Below are positions 18,411-32,429 of a stretch of 64,000 bases of DNA, piece after piece (within the stretch, counting starts at the first letter, position 1; the number at the start of each line of letters is the position of its first letter). The position numbers and the translations under genes were made by a program. The notes beneath the pieces are model-generated. The model was not told the DNA's origin and searched no databases. It saw only the letters and a program-made list of their open reading frames with translations. Source of the stretch: the human T2T-CHM13v2.0 reference genome, Homo sapiens; NCBI RefSeq assembly GCF_009914755.1, contig NC_060934.1; one strand, given 5' to 3'.

Positions 18411-18563
18411 CTTTTAATACCTGTTTTTCTCCTCTTATTCTGTTTAGTTTTTCAATTCATACAAAACCATATCCAGGCCATCACCAATAATTCTATACGA
18501 CAAATGCTCCTTCAAACAACCCCACAATATCACCTCTTACCACAAAATCTTCCTTCAGCTTAA
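18410..18563 (+). pseudogene. env: HERV-H env C-terminal remnant
   Basis: LIPVFLLLFCLVFQFIQNHIQAITNNSIRQMLL..PQYHLLPQNLPSA resembles the HERV-H TM tail. Confidence 0.75.
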
Positions 18564-19602
18564 TCTCTCCCACTCTAGGTTCCCATGCCGCTCCTAATCC
18601 CGCCCTGAGAAACATCGCCCATTATCTATCCATACCAGCCCCAAAAATTTTCGCTACCCCAACACTTTACCACTATTTCGTTTTATTTTTCTTATTAATA
18701 TAAGACTACAGGAATGTTAGGCCTCTGAGCCCAAGCTAAGCCATCATATGCCCTGTGACCTGCACATATATATCCGGATGGCCTGAAGTAACTGAAGAAT
18801 CACAAAAGAAGTGAAAATAGCCTGTTCCTGCCTTAACTGATGACATTACCTTGTGAAATTCCTTCTCCTGGCTCATCCTGGCTCGAAAGCTCCCCCAATG
18901 AACACCTTGTGACCCCCACCAAAGAACAACCCGCTTTGACTAATTTTCCTTTACCTACCCAAATCCTATAAAATGGCCCCACCCCTTTCTCCCTTTGCTG
19001 ACTCTTTTCGGACTCAGACCGCCTGCACCCAGGTGATTAAAAAGCTTTATTGCTCACACAAAGCCTGTTCCGTGGTCTCTTCACAGGGACATGAGTGAAA
19101 TTTAAACTATCTGACTTCAAGGCTTCTTACAGAGCTACAATAATCAGGAGAGTACTGTGCTGGCCTAAAGACAAACAAACAGATCAAGAGAACAGAATAC
19201 AAAGTCCAGAAACAGACTCACACATATACAGTTAAATGATTTTCAGGGGAGGCATCAAAGCAATTCAATGGGGAATTGCTTTTCAACAAATAGTGCTGGA
19301 TCAGTTGGATATCCAATACAGAACAATGATGAACTTCAACCCCATCTCACACCATGAATAAAAAATAATTTGAGATTGATCATAGATCTGAACCTAAAGC
19401 CAAAACTATAAAACTTCTAGAAATAAATACAGCATATCTTTGCACAGAGTGTAGGCAAGATGCAAGAAAAGCATTTGATGAAATTCAACCTAAGGAAGAT
19501 GCAAGAAGTACCACCCCCTCATGGTGTTAGAATAACACTGGTAGAATCAATATGAAATCATATTGTTAATAGTTGTTAATATATGTGTGTATACATAGAT
19601 GT

Positions 19603-20755
19603 TGCTAGGGTATGAACGTGTCCCCAAAATTCTCATGTTGAAACTTAATCACGCCCTGGTGTCCTGGCTCAAGCCTGTAATCCTAGCACTCTGGGAGGCC
19701 AAGGCAGGAGAATTGTTTGAGCTCAGGAATACAAAACTAGCCTGGACAACACAGTGAGGCTTCATCTCTACTACAAATAAAAATTAAAAAAAAAAAAAAA
19801 AAACTAGCCAGGCATGGTGGCAAGCACCTTAAAGCATCCCAGCTTAAAAGTCCCAGCTACGCACGAAGCTAAGGTGGGAAGATCACTGGAGCTCAGGAAG
19901 TCAAGGCTACAGTGAGCTACAATTGCACCACTGCACTCCAGCCTGGGTGATAAAGTGAGACTCTGTCTCTAAACAAAAAGAGAAAAGAAAAAAAAAAAAA
20001 AAAAGAAACTTAATTGCCAATGCTAATATTAAGACTTGAGGACTTTATGAGGTGATTAAATCATGAGGGCAGAGACTTCATGAATGGGATTAGGGACTCA
20101 TCAAAGAGCCAGAGGGTGAAATAAGCCAGGCACAGAAAGAGAAACATCACATGTTCTCACTTATTTGTGGGATCTAAAAATCAAAACAATTGTACTAATG
20201 AACATAGACAGTAGAAGGATGGTTACTGGAGGCTGGGAAGTTAATGGGGGGCTGTGGGGAAGGTGGGGATGGTTAATGGGCACAAAAAAAAAATTGAAAG
20301 GATGAATAAGACTCACTATTTGATAGAACAACAGGATGACTACAGTCAATAGTAACAATTATACATTTTAAAATAAGAGTGTAATTGGATTGCTTGTAAC
20401 ACAAAGGATAAATGCATGAGGGGATGTATACCCTATTTGCCGCGATATGATTATTTCACATTGCATGCCTGTATCAAAATATCTCATGCACCTCACAAAT
20501 ATATATATACCTACTATGTGCCCACAAAAATTAAAAATTAAAAATATTATTTAAAAAAGGGCTGGAGGAGCTAGTCAGCCCTTTTGCCCTTCCACTTTTC
20601 CATCACACGAAGATACAGCAAGAAGGCCCTCACCAGAGAATGAATGCTGGTGCCTTGAACTTCCCAGCTGCTAGAACCATAAGAAATCAATTTCCACTGT
20701 TTATAAATTACCCAGTCTCAGGTATTTTGTTATAGCAGCATAACGAACTAAGATA
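19603..20755 (+). mobile_element. MaLR (MST-type) LTR interrupted by an AluJ (about 19650-20005) and an L1MA 3' end (about 20118-20555)
   Basis: tgctagggtatgaacgtgtccccaaaattc...gaaacttaat start; ends ...gttatagcagcataacgaactaaga. Confidence 0.75.
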
Positions 20756-20774
20756 TATAAATTTAAAATAAGTA

Positions 20775-21045
20775 TCTGTAATCCTACCACTTTAAGGAGG
20801 CCAAAGCAGAGGACTGCCTGTGGCTAGGAGTTAAGACCAGCCTGGAGAATACAGCAAGATCCCATCTCTACTAAAAATTTTAAAAATAGCTGGGCATGGT
20901 GGCCCATGTCTGTAGTCCTAGCTACTTGGGAAACCAAGGTAGGGGGATTTGCTTGAGCCCAGGAGTTCGAGGTTACAGTGAGCTATGATCATACCACTGC
21001 ATTCCAGCCTAGGAGACAGAGTGAGACCCTGTCTCTAAAAAAATT
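20775..21045 (+). mobile_element. AluJ, 5'-eroded
   Basis: Diverged Alu dimer. Confidence 0.8.
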
Positions 21046-21059
21046 GTTTAATAAAAAAT

Positions 21060-22350
21060 TAAAATATGGATATACATATATCTATTTACACACAAACAAA
21101 CATATCCTAGCTGTGGCCACTGAGTAGGCCTAGAAATAATGACACATCAGTCACAATAAGCACATCATATATCCAGATCTTGATTTCCAAATACCATTTT
21201 TTCCTCACTAATAGTAACAATACTCCTCGAAGAAAAGCTGATTTGAGGGGTGGGCCATACAAAATGAGCCCAGATCATCTTGTTGCACCAGAAAGTAAAT
21301 AGGTACTCAAAGAATTCTGGAGACATATGAAAACACAGAAGCCAGTTTGAAAGAGTTTACACAGACCAAATTTGGGATGATTTTAGTATCAAGATAATAA
21401 CAGTAATGAGTTACAGACCACTAAATAAGAATATGTATATGAATCATTCAAATAAATAATTGAACAAATAAATAAATGGGATGTGGAGGGAGGAGGGAAA
21501 GGTCTTCCTTACAGTAGAATGCCAATCAATAGCTACAGAAGGAAGCATGCAGTTGGAAAGTCATCACTGGACGCTAAAACTAGTGGGTGAAAGTTTGATG
21601 AGGAACAGGATATTAACACATTGTCAACAAATATTAACTTCAAAGAGAAAAACAGTATCATGGCAGTAGAGAAATCTGGCAGATACCAACTAAACCAACT
21701 GTTTGATGTTATCAGCAATATTAGAACAAACTGACATCAGGTTGCTCCTAATATGCTGCACTGAGAAAAATAAAAATCACTTTTTTGTTATCCTTGCATA
21801 AAATGCATGAACTGAATCTAACCATGAGGAAATTTCAGACAAGTAAAAAGTGAGGGACATTCTAAAAAAATAACTGATCTGTACTCTTCCAAAAGATCAA
21901 TGTCAAGAATGACAATGAAAGGTTAACAAAGTACTCCAGATTAAAGGAGACTAAAGAAATATGATAATTTCATGGCGATTCAGGACTGGATACTGGACAT
22001 GGAAAACAAAAGGGCAATAAAGGACATTATAGGGACAACTGTTGAAACTGCACTATGAATTAGATAACAACACCGTACCAATTGTTAAATTTCTTGACTG
22101 CTAATTTTACTGTGGTTATGCAAGAGAATACCCTGGCTCTTAGAAATACATGTTGAAGTATTCTTAGGACTTATACAACTTAAACTCAAATGAATCACAA
22201 AAAATACATTCACATATATGCATAAAAAGAAAGGGGGAAAGAGTGATAAAGCTAATGAGGTAAAATACAAACAACTGGTGAATCTTAGTAAATTATATGT
22301 AGTAATTCTCTATATTCTTTGTGTATTTTTTCTGTAAGTTACACATAAAG
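21060..22350 (+). mobile_element. Old L1MC/MD 3' UTR remnant
   Basis: gagaaatctggcagatacc, gagggacattct, ttccaaaagatcaatgtcaag, gattaaaggagactaaag motifs. Confidence 0.6.
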
Positions 22351-22708
22351 CAAAAGACATAACTAGAAAACTAGGTAAGCTTTTTTTTTTTACAAAAATG
22401 ACAGACAAAAAGTCACTACCTTTCATATATAAACAAGCTATATAAAGCAAATTTCTTTTAAAAAGCACTATAACCCCTCCAAAAGATTAACAGGAAAAGG
22501 ACATGTACAGCCAACTGCACAAAAGAAGCTAATGAAGTTTTAAAGGAAAGCAAAAACAAAAAGTCAATGAAAGATGAGATGTTTTCCACCTGTTAAATCG
22601 GTAATTTTCTTTTTAGAAAACATCAACATTGGCAAGGATGTCCTAAAATGGCCACTCAACACCTTGCTAGTGGAAGCATTAATTAGAATCTTTTAGGAAA
22701 GCAGTTCA

Positions 22709-23061
<353 letters not shown>

Positions 23062-24122
23062 TCATGACACTATCTGAAAGAAATAATCTAAACTGTGGAC
23101 TAAAATTTATGCTGAAGATATTCATCAAATGATAACTATAATAGCAAAATTCTTAAAATAATCCACATTAAACAATAGCGAAATCATTACGTAAACAACT
23201 TAGGATATAACCACAAAACGCAATATGCAGTCATTAGAAGTTATTTAAAATCAGGAAATATGACATAATAAATGTTAAGAGAATAAAGTTTACAAAATGG
23301 GCAGTTAGGATGATCTTAAGTAAAAAAAAAAATTCATAAAGCTCAGAACAGACATATTATAAACAGTGACTGTTTGAAAATGAAAATAAGTAGGGAATAT
23401 GAACACCTGTCCCAGTCTCCAGTTTATGAGATCTCACCCCTCACCATCTGTGAACTACCACCGCTTACATGATGGTGCCTGTCTCACTCCCTGTGCACTC
23501 CAAGTATTTCTTGAGGCCATGGCACCATACCTGGCTGCATTCAGTAAACATTTGCTGCTTCAAATTTACAAACTCTCCCACCTCATTTCATATATGTAAA
23601 AAATGTATCTAGCTATTTAAGTCACCTGAAAACTGAAACTATATTGAATATGAAGTTCGTCAAGAACCAGTTTCACTTTTCTTTGCTTCTTTCAAATAAA
23701 AACATTAAGGAGGAAACATGCTTGGAGCTTTCGTTAACAACAGACTCCAAGGCAGGCTTGAGACAATATAAAGATACCACATACCTGATTAGTATTGTGC
23801 ACTAGGACCACCGGTGGTATTGTCAGTTTATTTTCATGTCAAAGATCATTTGCTTTAGCAGTCTAATCTTAGCTACCACAAAAAAACACACCCATCTGTG
23901 TGCTGCCAGAGCTTAGCCCCTACCCAGGGCCACACCTGACTCCAGCTCTGCCCTATTCCCCACTGATTCCACCTTCTACTTGGCAACTTTCTGCCTAATT
24001 AGCTAAGCAGAGCACAGTCAGGTAAGAGGAGGCTGTGAGCAAGGCTGGGAACACGGAGAAACCAGACAAGAGTAGGAAGACCTTAACCATGGCAGAGGAC
24101 CAGCTGAGCGGTATTCGTAAGT

Positions 24123-24335
24123 CTGTGGTTCTCAACAGGGGCAGTTTATCACCCCAGGGGATTTTGCCAGTGTCTTGGAGATATTTTTAGTTGCCACAAT
24201 TGTGGTGGTGCTAATGGCACCTAGTAGGAAGAGGCCAGGGATGCTACTGAACATCCTACAATACACAGAACAGTTCCCCACAACAAAGAATTATCCAACC
24301 CCAACTGTCAGCAGAGCTAAGGTCAAGAAATCCTA
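24123..24335 (+). mobile_element. MER20 hAT MITE
   Basis: ctgtggttctcaacagggg...gaggccagggatgctactgaacatcctacaat...aaggtcaagaaatcct. Confidence 0.8.
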
Positions 24336-26879
24336 CCACAGACTGATGCATCCACTAATACAGTGGAGTCTACTGCACAGTACAATTCAGCAGGAACAAG
24401 ACACCCAGTGGTTAGAGGAGACCTGAGGTAGTTCAGGAAATGTAAACACACACATTACCTCCTCACTCAGATGCTAAGGTGATCAAAATTCTACCTCAAG
24501 AATTGGGAATGAGGGCATTGTAATTAATTAATTAATCAAATAAAACTAGTAAGAATGCTTTTTTCCCCAAGGGCTTGCTCCTATAAATATCTTATATTTC
24601 TTCAAAGACTGCTTCACAGCAGAAACTGTAAGAAGATAATACTATCAAAATTGCCCAGACTGGTAAACATCTCCAGAAAACTTGGCAACACACCCACATA
24701 ATCAATGACAAATTTAATTTAGCCGTGTATCTCAACAGGCCCTTCCTACTAGGTGCCATTAGCACCCCCACAGTTGTGGCAACTAAAAACTCAAACTCAA
24801 AGTTCCCAGCTTAGTTTACGGGGAAAGTGTCAAGCTTTCAAAGATCACTCAAAAAGAAGAAAAGGGCTGCTTTCCCAGATGAATCATCAAGAACTACACA
24901 AGACTTAAAGGAGTAACATTTTCAAAACTGAGAACAGTACTTAGGCACTTCAACCAAAAAAAAAAAAAAAGCAGATTTTCAAAAAAGTATATGAATCATC
25001 ATTATTATAATTTGGTTAAAGTAATGACCAATGAGTCACGCCACAATATGTTTTTTAAAATTATTTTAACAACCTTATCATGCCATAATGTCCACCTATG
25101 GGAGGCCAAAAGGTTAGAGAAGCCATCCAGTACTATCCCTGGCTGGCTGGGACTTAAATAACTTCAACCTGTCTCTAAAGCATCATTTTGCCTATCTACC
25201 TTGACCTCTGTCCTTTCAGTGTTAGGAAATACCCACCACTTAAGGTGGCCCCCTTCAATGTTGGACAGGAATTAACTGTTAGGAGTGTGTCCATTATGCT
25301 GAATCCAGAGCACCTCCCGTTCAACTACAGCTATTAGTTTTGAATCACATGAAACCAGCCTAATTATTCTCTATACAGCAGCCCTTCAAGTTTCCATATT
25401 ATCTTGTCTTTCTCATCCAAGCCTTTTTCTTCTCCAAGTTGTAAAATGCACTCCCCCCACAAGCTGTTACAGTTAGCTATTTAAGTGATACAATTAAGAT
25501 TAAACAGGAGACCAAAAAAACCAGAATGGCAGAACTGAAAGGAATCAGAGACCAGCCAGTTCAAACCCAATCCCATTTTTATAAATGAGTAAACAAGGCA
25601 GAGAGAGGTGAGGCAAGGCTGCTTGCCAGAGGTCAAGCTATTCAGAAAAGTCAGGAGCAGAATTCAAGTTTCCTAACTCTTTCGCCCCTCAGAACTGTAT
25701 CAAGTTGTACAGATGTTGTGTGAAAGGATTGACAGTTTTTGTTTTATAAAAATATAAATACTGAGAGAAAAGATGATCCATCTACCAAGAATCTGTATTA
25801 AAAAGTGATGCAGGTGAAAAAAACTAGGTAACTTAACTTAAAAAATACATAAGAAAGGAAATGTAGTCATAGACTACTACCTGGCTTTGCAGATGAATAG
25901 TTAAGTTGTCACTAACTAAATATTTCTTATTGATTTCACTAAAAATACGGATGTAACCACAGTCAGAGAGTGGGAAATGGTAAATGAGGAGTTTAAGATG
26001 TCCAAATCCTCACCTATCAAACTGGGAAGGCAATGCATAATATTTAAAGTGGATAAACAAATAACAGTGGAATAAAATGTTTAGAAATATTAAAAATAGG
26101 TATTATAACAAGAATAGAGTTTGCCTCTATTTTTCATTGCAAGACTTTATGCTCGCTATTTTTAAACAATGTCCAAGTATTATTTTGATAAAAATTTCAA
26201 CATTAATTTTAAGATACAGAAAAATAAGGGATCGGTAATAGATAATGTTGTAGGCAAGTGAATAGGGGAAAGAACACCAAAACACCATTAGTGGGAGTAC
26301 AGACTGAAATAAAAACGGGACAACCAATTGCCACTATCCAATTTAAATCTCCTTTGACCAGGCAATTCCACTTCTAGGGCTCTAGACTAAGAATACACCC
26401 ATAAATGTTCAAAGATATATATATGAGAATGATCACTGTGACACCATTTTAAAAGATACAAATCAGAGCACACTAAATATCAACTAACAGGGGAAGGGCT
26501 GAATAATTCATGAATATATGTACCCATATATTCTTCACACTCATCCCACAAATATTTATTGATTGCTAGGTACTAAGTATAGAATAGTAAATAAAACTCA
26601 ACCTGCAAAGGAATACTACATCATTATTAAAAGAATGCGGATCTGTATGTATTGATCTAGGTGAAAAAGCATATTTCAAAATATAGTATGTAGTATGATG
26701 CTACTTTTATTAAAATACCCAGTATAACTAGATGAGACTTTTTCTTTATGTACTTACAGTATTTGACTTTTTTAGCATTGTGACATTACCTGTGTAGCTC
26801 TTTTAAAGACAATAAAGACATATGCTTGTCAGATTGGATAAAAGCAGTAACAAAAGAAAGCAAAAAAGAATGGAGGGAA

Positions 26880-27040
26880 GGTGATGGCACGCGCCTGCAA
26901 TCCCAGCTACTCCGGAGGCTGAGGCAGAGAATTGCTTAAACCTGGAGGGGCGGAGGTTGCAGTGAGCCAAGATCGTGCCACTGCACTCCAGCCTGGGTGA
27001 CAGAGCGAGACTTCATTTCCAAAAAAAAAAAAAAAAAAAA
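26880..27040 (+). mobile_element. Alu right arm only
   Basis: gtgatggcacgcgcctgcaatcccagctac through A tail. Confidence 0.85.
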
Positions 27041-27137
27041 AGGAGGAAAGGAAAGAATCTACTTTTTGTAAGTCTATATAGTAAAACAGGGAAGATGCAC
27101 ATGATTTCCACTTCTAGATTCTACCAACATATATACA

Positions 27138-27140
<3 letters not shown>

Positions 27141-27174
<34 letters not shown>
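27141..27174. repeat. (AT)n microsatellite
   Basis: About 17 uninterrupted AT units. Confidence 0.95.
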
Positions 27175-27176
<2 letters not shown>

Positions 27177-27591
27177 AGAAATTCTCTCACACATTCACAA
27201 GAACTAAGAAACAATCTAAATTTTCATCAATGAAAGAATGAACAAATTGTGATCTATTCATACAATAAAACACCATACAGTAGTTATTAAAACTCAAACC
27301 ACAAAAGCACAAATCTGAGGGAAAATCTCACATGTTAGAGAATACATACAGAATAAAATTATTTATGTAAAACTTTTTAAAAAGCAACAAAATAAAACTA
27401 TCTTTACTTATGGATAAATATGGACCCACAGATTATGGACCCACAGATTAAAAACACCATGAGATACCACTTCTCAGCCTAAATATCTGACAATATTAAG
27501 TGACAATATTAAGGACATGGAACAAGAACTCCAATGTCTGCTAAGGTAAATGCATACTGGTACCACCACTATGGAAAACAACATTATATAC

Positions 27592-28187
27592 AGTGGTAGT
27601 CAGAAATCTAAAGATAGTCCTCCAAGATTCCTGCCCCTGGTTATTCAAACACTAATTTGAGTATAGCTGTGAAAGGACCACGGAGATAAAATAGAGTAAT
27701 CTAGATTATCCCAGTGGACCCAATCAAATCATATGAGCCCTTAAAAGCAGAGAATGGTCTCCATCTAGAGAAGGAAAAAAATATGAGTCAGAGAGATTCA
27801 AAGCATGAGAGAGATTCAACCTCCTATTGCCGGCTTTGAAGATGAAGAAAGAAAGAGGATCACAAGGCAAGAAATGTATGGCCTGTAGAAGCTGAGAACG
27901 ACCATCAGCTAACATCCAGCAAGGACACATGGACCTCAGTCCTACAACCATATGAACTGAATTCTACCAACAACCCAAATAAGTGTGGGAGTTGATTTAT
28001 CTCCAGAGCCTCCAGAAAAGAATGCAGTCCTACTGACAACTTGATTTCAGCCTCCTAAGACCCAGAGCAGATAACCCAGCCAAGCCTACTGCATTTCTGA
28101 CCTATAGGACCATGAGATTTTAAAATGTGTGTTGTTTTAAGCCTCTAAGTTTGTGGTAATTAGTTACACAGCAACAGAAAACTACTA
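27592..28187 (+). mobile_element. MLT1E-like MaLR solo LTR
   Basis: cctcagtcctacaaccatatgaactgaattctaccaacaacc; ends ttttaagcctctaagtttgtggtaattagttacacagcaacagaaaact. Confidence 0.7.
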
Positions 28188-29039
28188 CTTCTAGAAAAGT
28201 TGAAGAAATGCATTATCCTACAACCCAGCAGCTATACACCTGACCATACACAAAGAGAAACTCTTGCCCAAGAGCATAAAAAGACATGCACAATGTTCAC
28301 ATCACCACTGCTCATGATAGAAAAAAAATGGACAATCCAGTCATTCATCAGTACTACAAAGGACAAATTGTGGAATATTCATAATGTAACACAATAAGAC
28401 AAGGAGACACCAATGAACTACGGCCATACAAAAATATGAATGAGTCTCAAATCTCATACGGAATAAAAAAGCAAATGAAAGAAGTTTACCCACAATACAA
28501 TTCTAGTCATAAAGTTCAACAGCATGCAGGGCAAAACAACACAGCTTAGAGATACAAATGTGGTAAAACTATAGCAATGAAATAATAAAAACAAAATTCA
28601 GGGTAGCAGTTATGTCTCTGGGAACATAACAGAATGGGATCAGAGAAGAGAGATGAAGGGCATCAAAAGTAATGTAGATTGTTCCTAACTGGTGATTACA
28701 GAATAACAGCACTTACATTCTATACATAATTTATAAATATTGTAATATCTATTCAATATTTGAAAAATGAAAACATCTAGATAATCAAACTTCTACATAA
28801 CAAAAAAAACTTCTTTTCTTTGGCAAAGATGTGTTCATTGAAAGGAATAATTCAAATGATATAAAGAGTCCAATCATTTTTTTAATCACCTAAAATTCTC
28901 ACCACCTGGACATAATTAGTAACAATTTGCTTAACATCCTTCTAGACATTTCCTATGAGTATACATACATTTAAATATTTTACATAAAATCTCAGTATAT
29001 ATACACATAGGTATATGTTCAGTCTGTAAATGCTTTTTA

Positions 29040-31100
29040 GACCCTTTTTAAAAACAACTCTATTAAGACATAATTTACATAAAATAAAATGCACCCATCT
29101 TAAGCATAATGTGAAGTTCTGACAAAAGTGTATAAAAAGTGTATACGTAGTATAACCACCACCCAATCAAAATACAGAGTAATTCCATCACCACAGAAAG
29201 TTCTCTTTTGCTCCTCTGCAGTCATTCCCCACCCCTACCTATAACCTCAGGCAACCACTAATCTGCTCTCTTAATGTTTTGGTGGTTCTAGAATTACACA
29301 TCAATCAAATCATACAGAATGTAGTGTTTTGTCTGGCTTCTTTTGCTCAGCATAATGTTTTTAATTTCATATAGTGACACTGTGCAATTCACTCCTTTTT
29401 TCTCCTAATATCCCATTGCAGACTTGTTGAAAGATTATACTCTTTCCGGTGTTAAGCACTGAGTACAAGTCATTTGTGAATTTAAGGTTTTATTTTACAC
29501 CCAGGGGTGTAAATGTCTAGGTCATACAGTAAGTGCATGTTTAAGTTAATAGGAAACTGTCAAACAGTTTTCCAAAGTGCCTGTACATTCCTATCAGCAA
29601 TTTATGTAAAATTCTGATTGCTCTACATCCTCACCAACACTTGGTATTGTTAGTCTTTTTCATTTTGACCCTTCTTGTAGGCAAAGAGTTGCTCATAATT
29701 TCCTTTAATAAATATATTGGGAATTTTTAGTATGTCTACTAGAATTTCAAATACCTTATTTTGTGAAGTTGCTCCACAAATTTTTTTTTTACCGATTTTG
29801 CAATTTGAGTTCTCTAGCTTCTTCTTAATTTACTGAAGTTCTTTATATATGCTGGATAAAAGTCCTCTGTCAGATACATAAATTGCCAACATTTGCTCCC
29901 AGTCTATAGTATACTGTTTCTTTTCCTTAACATCTCCTAAAGTGCATACGTTTTAATTTTATTAAGTCCAATTTAACATTTTTAAAATGTTGTAGTTAGT
30001 GCTTTTTGTACCACATATAAGACTAAATGCTTTCTCCCTCAAATTGACAACAGGACATGGACATCTGCTCTCACCACTTCTATCATAATATTGGACTTGA
30101 GGTCCTCATCAGTGTCATAAGGCAAGAAAAAGAAATAGAAAGCACATGAGTGGAAAGGAAGACGTAAAACTGTCTTTATTCAATGACTGTATGTGGAGAA
30201 AATCCAACCAAAAGACTACCAGAACTAGTAAGTGGATTCAGAAAGGCTACAAGACACAAAGACAATATACAAAAATCAGCTGTATTTTTACACATTAGCA
30301 AGGAATACTTGAGAAATGATTTTTTAATCCTATTTACAATGACATTAAAAATGTAAGATATTAAGATATAAATTCAACAAAATATGCATAGGACCTGTAC
30401 ACTGCAAAACTAAAAAACATGTTGCAAGAAATTAAAGAACTAAATAAATGGAGAGCTATACCATGTTCATGTATTGAAAGGTTCGATGACATTAAAATAG
30501 CAATTCTCCACAAACTGATCTATAGAACCAAGACAATCCCAATTGAAACCACAAGTTGTTTTCTTTTTTAAAAAACCTAACAAGCTGATTTTAAAATACT
30601 TTTGAAAACACAAAGGACCTATAATACCCAGAAAATTTTTGAAAATAAGGAACAAAGTTGGAGGATTTACACTAACCAATTTCAAACCTCATATAAAGTT
30701 ATAGATAAAGATAATATGGTACCGACATAAGAACAGACAGCAAAAGCAACAGGAGAGAGTCCAAAAGCAGATCCACACATACATCACCAGTTGACTTTCA
30801 ACAAAAATGCCAAGAGAACTCAATGGGCAAAGGATAGAGAAAGGGGAAGAAACTCAATAGGGAAAGAATTACCTTTTCAACAAATGATATTAAAAAATGT
30901 ATATTAGACCAGCTAGCTTGAGCCCAAGGCCTCCTCGGACAAAAAATAAAATTAAAATTAAAAAACTGTGTATTCATAAAGGAAAGTAAAGAACCTAGAC
31001 CCATAGCTCATACCAAACACCCTATCAACCCCTAAAAATTGATCATGAACCTTAATAGTGGAGCTATAAAACCTCTAGAACATAGGAGAAAATTCAGTAG
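29040..31100 (-). mobile_element. Old L1M with an inverted 5' segment (minus 29040-30020, plus 30022-31095)
   Basis: L1 3' end on the minus strand abuts an ORF2 segment on the plus strand. Confidence 0.7.
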
Positions 31101-31722
31101 GCTTTTTTTCACACAATATTTCAGCTATCCTTACATGCTAATAAATATATTTTTTCATTTTGTCAAAAGTAAAAAAAAAAAAAGAAAATCCTTACAAACT
31201 GTGAAAACATGTCTTCATTTCTTAAATGAAATTTCGAAACACTTTCCTTATCCATACAGTCATACAACATTTCTTCAACTGAAGAACAGAAATATTCAAA
31301 GGAAAAGAACAAAAATCTTTTTAACCTCCTTTCATATAGTTCCTACAAGAACGGGTTGGCTTCTATGAGACGGTAGTTTTGCCTTGATGATTCTTTTTTG
31401 AGTGCCTTTGCTGAAGTCATAAATAAATAAATCTCCCAACATATTAATACCACTTATGTTTTAAATATAAAAGTTACCAGAAAACCATACCAATATGTGA
31501 AATGTTATGTACTGCTATATTGTCTTAAAATTGCCTGTTTTGGTTGATAAAGACTTGTATTATACAGAGATTACACATTTTTTCAAACTGTAATAAAAGA
31601 AATTTTAGCCATTTTAAGTATAATTTATCCCCAATAATTGGCAGGATATCTCAATAAATGTATCATTGACTATTGGTTATGAATTGTGGTTAACAAAATA
31701 ATGAATAAAAGAATCCATTATA

Positions 31723-32026
31723 GGCCGGGTGCAGTGGCTCATGCCTGTAATCCCAGCACTTTGGGAGGCCAAGGTGGGTGGATCACGAGGTCAAGAGATC
31801 AAGACCATCCTGGCTAACACAGTGAAACCCCGTCTCTACTAAAAATACAAAAAATTAGCCTGGCATGGTGGCAGGTGCCTGTAGTTCCAGCTACTCAGGA
31901 GGCTGAGGCAGGGAGACTGGCATGAACATGGGAGGTGGAGCTTGCAGTGAGCCAAGATCACGCCACTGCACTCCAGCCTGGGTGACAGAGCAAGACTACG
32001 TTTCAAAAAAAAAAAAAAAAAAAAAA
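31723..32026 (+). mobile_element. AluY/Sc
   Basis: Full dimer; TSD aaaagaatccat. Confidence 0.92.
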
Positions 32027-32429
32027 GAATCCATATTATAATTTAGTAATTTAATCACCATAGTTTTCCAGAAAACTAAAATTTAAAAAATACACATTGC
32101 AACACTGCTGCTTATGAGTGTTTACTGTTGCACACAAGTTAACCCAAAACTCAGTAGTTTAAAACAATGGACATTTATTACCTCATAGTTACCATAGGCC
32201 AGAAATCTAGGCACAGCTTAGCTGGGTACTTCTGGGTCAAAGTCTATCATGGGGTTGCAGTCAAGCTGCTGGCCAAGCTGTGGGATCCTCTGAAGGCCTC
32301 CATGTATTAAAAGGATATGGTTCCCATCTCAGTCACATGGCTATAAGCAAGTCTCAGTCCCTACCACCTAGGATTCTCCAGGAGGCATACAACATGGCAT
32401 CTTTGTTAAAAAAAATTTCCTTCTTTCCA

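Larger units (their letters stand above)
14191..19100 (+). mobile_element. HERV-H provirus, internally deleted, with two LTR7 (14191-14587 and 18715-19100)
   Basis: Paired LTRs, PBS-His, gag CCHC knuckle, pro, RT, RNase H and env-tail remnants, purine-rich tract before the 3' LTR, TSD gttaa/tttaa. Confidence 0.97.

Noticed and set aside
24600-25050. Scattered GATA and AP-1 motifs in unique intronic sequence
   Set aside because: Density is not clearly above chance; cannot be supported without chromatin data
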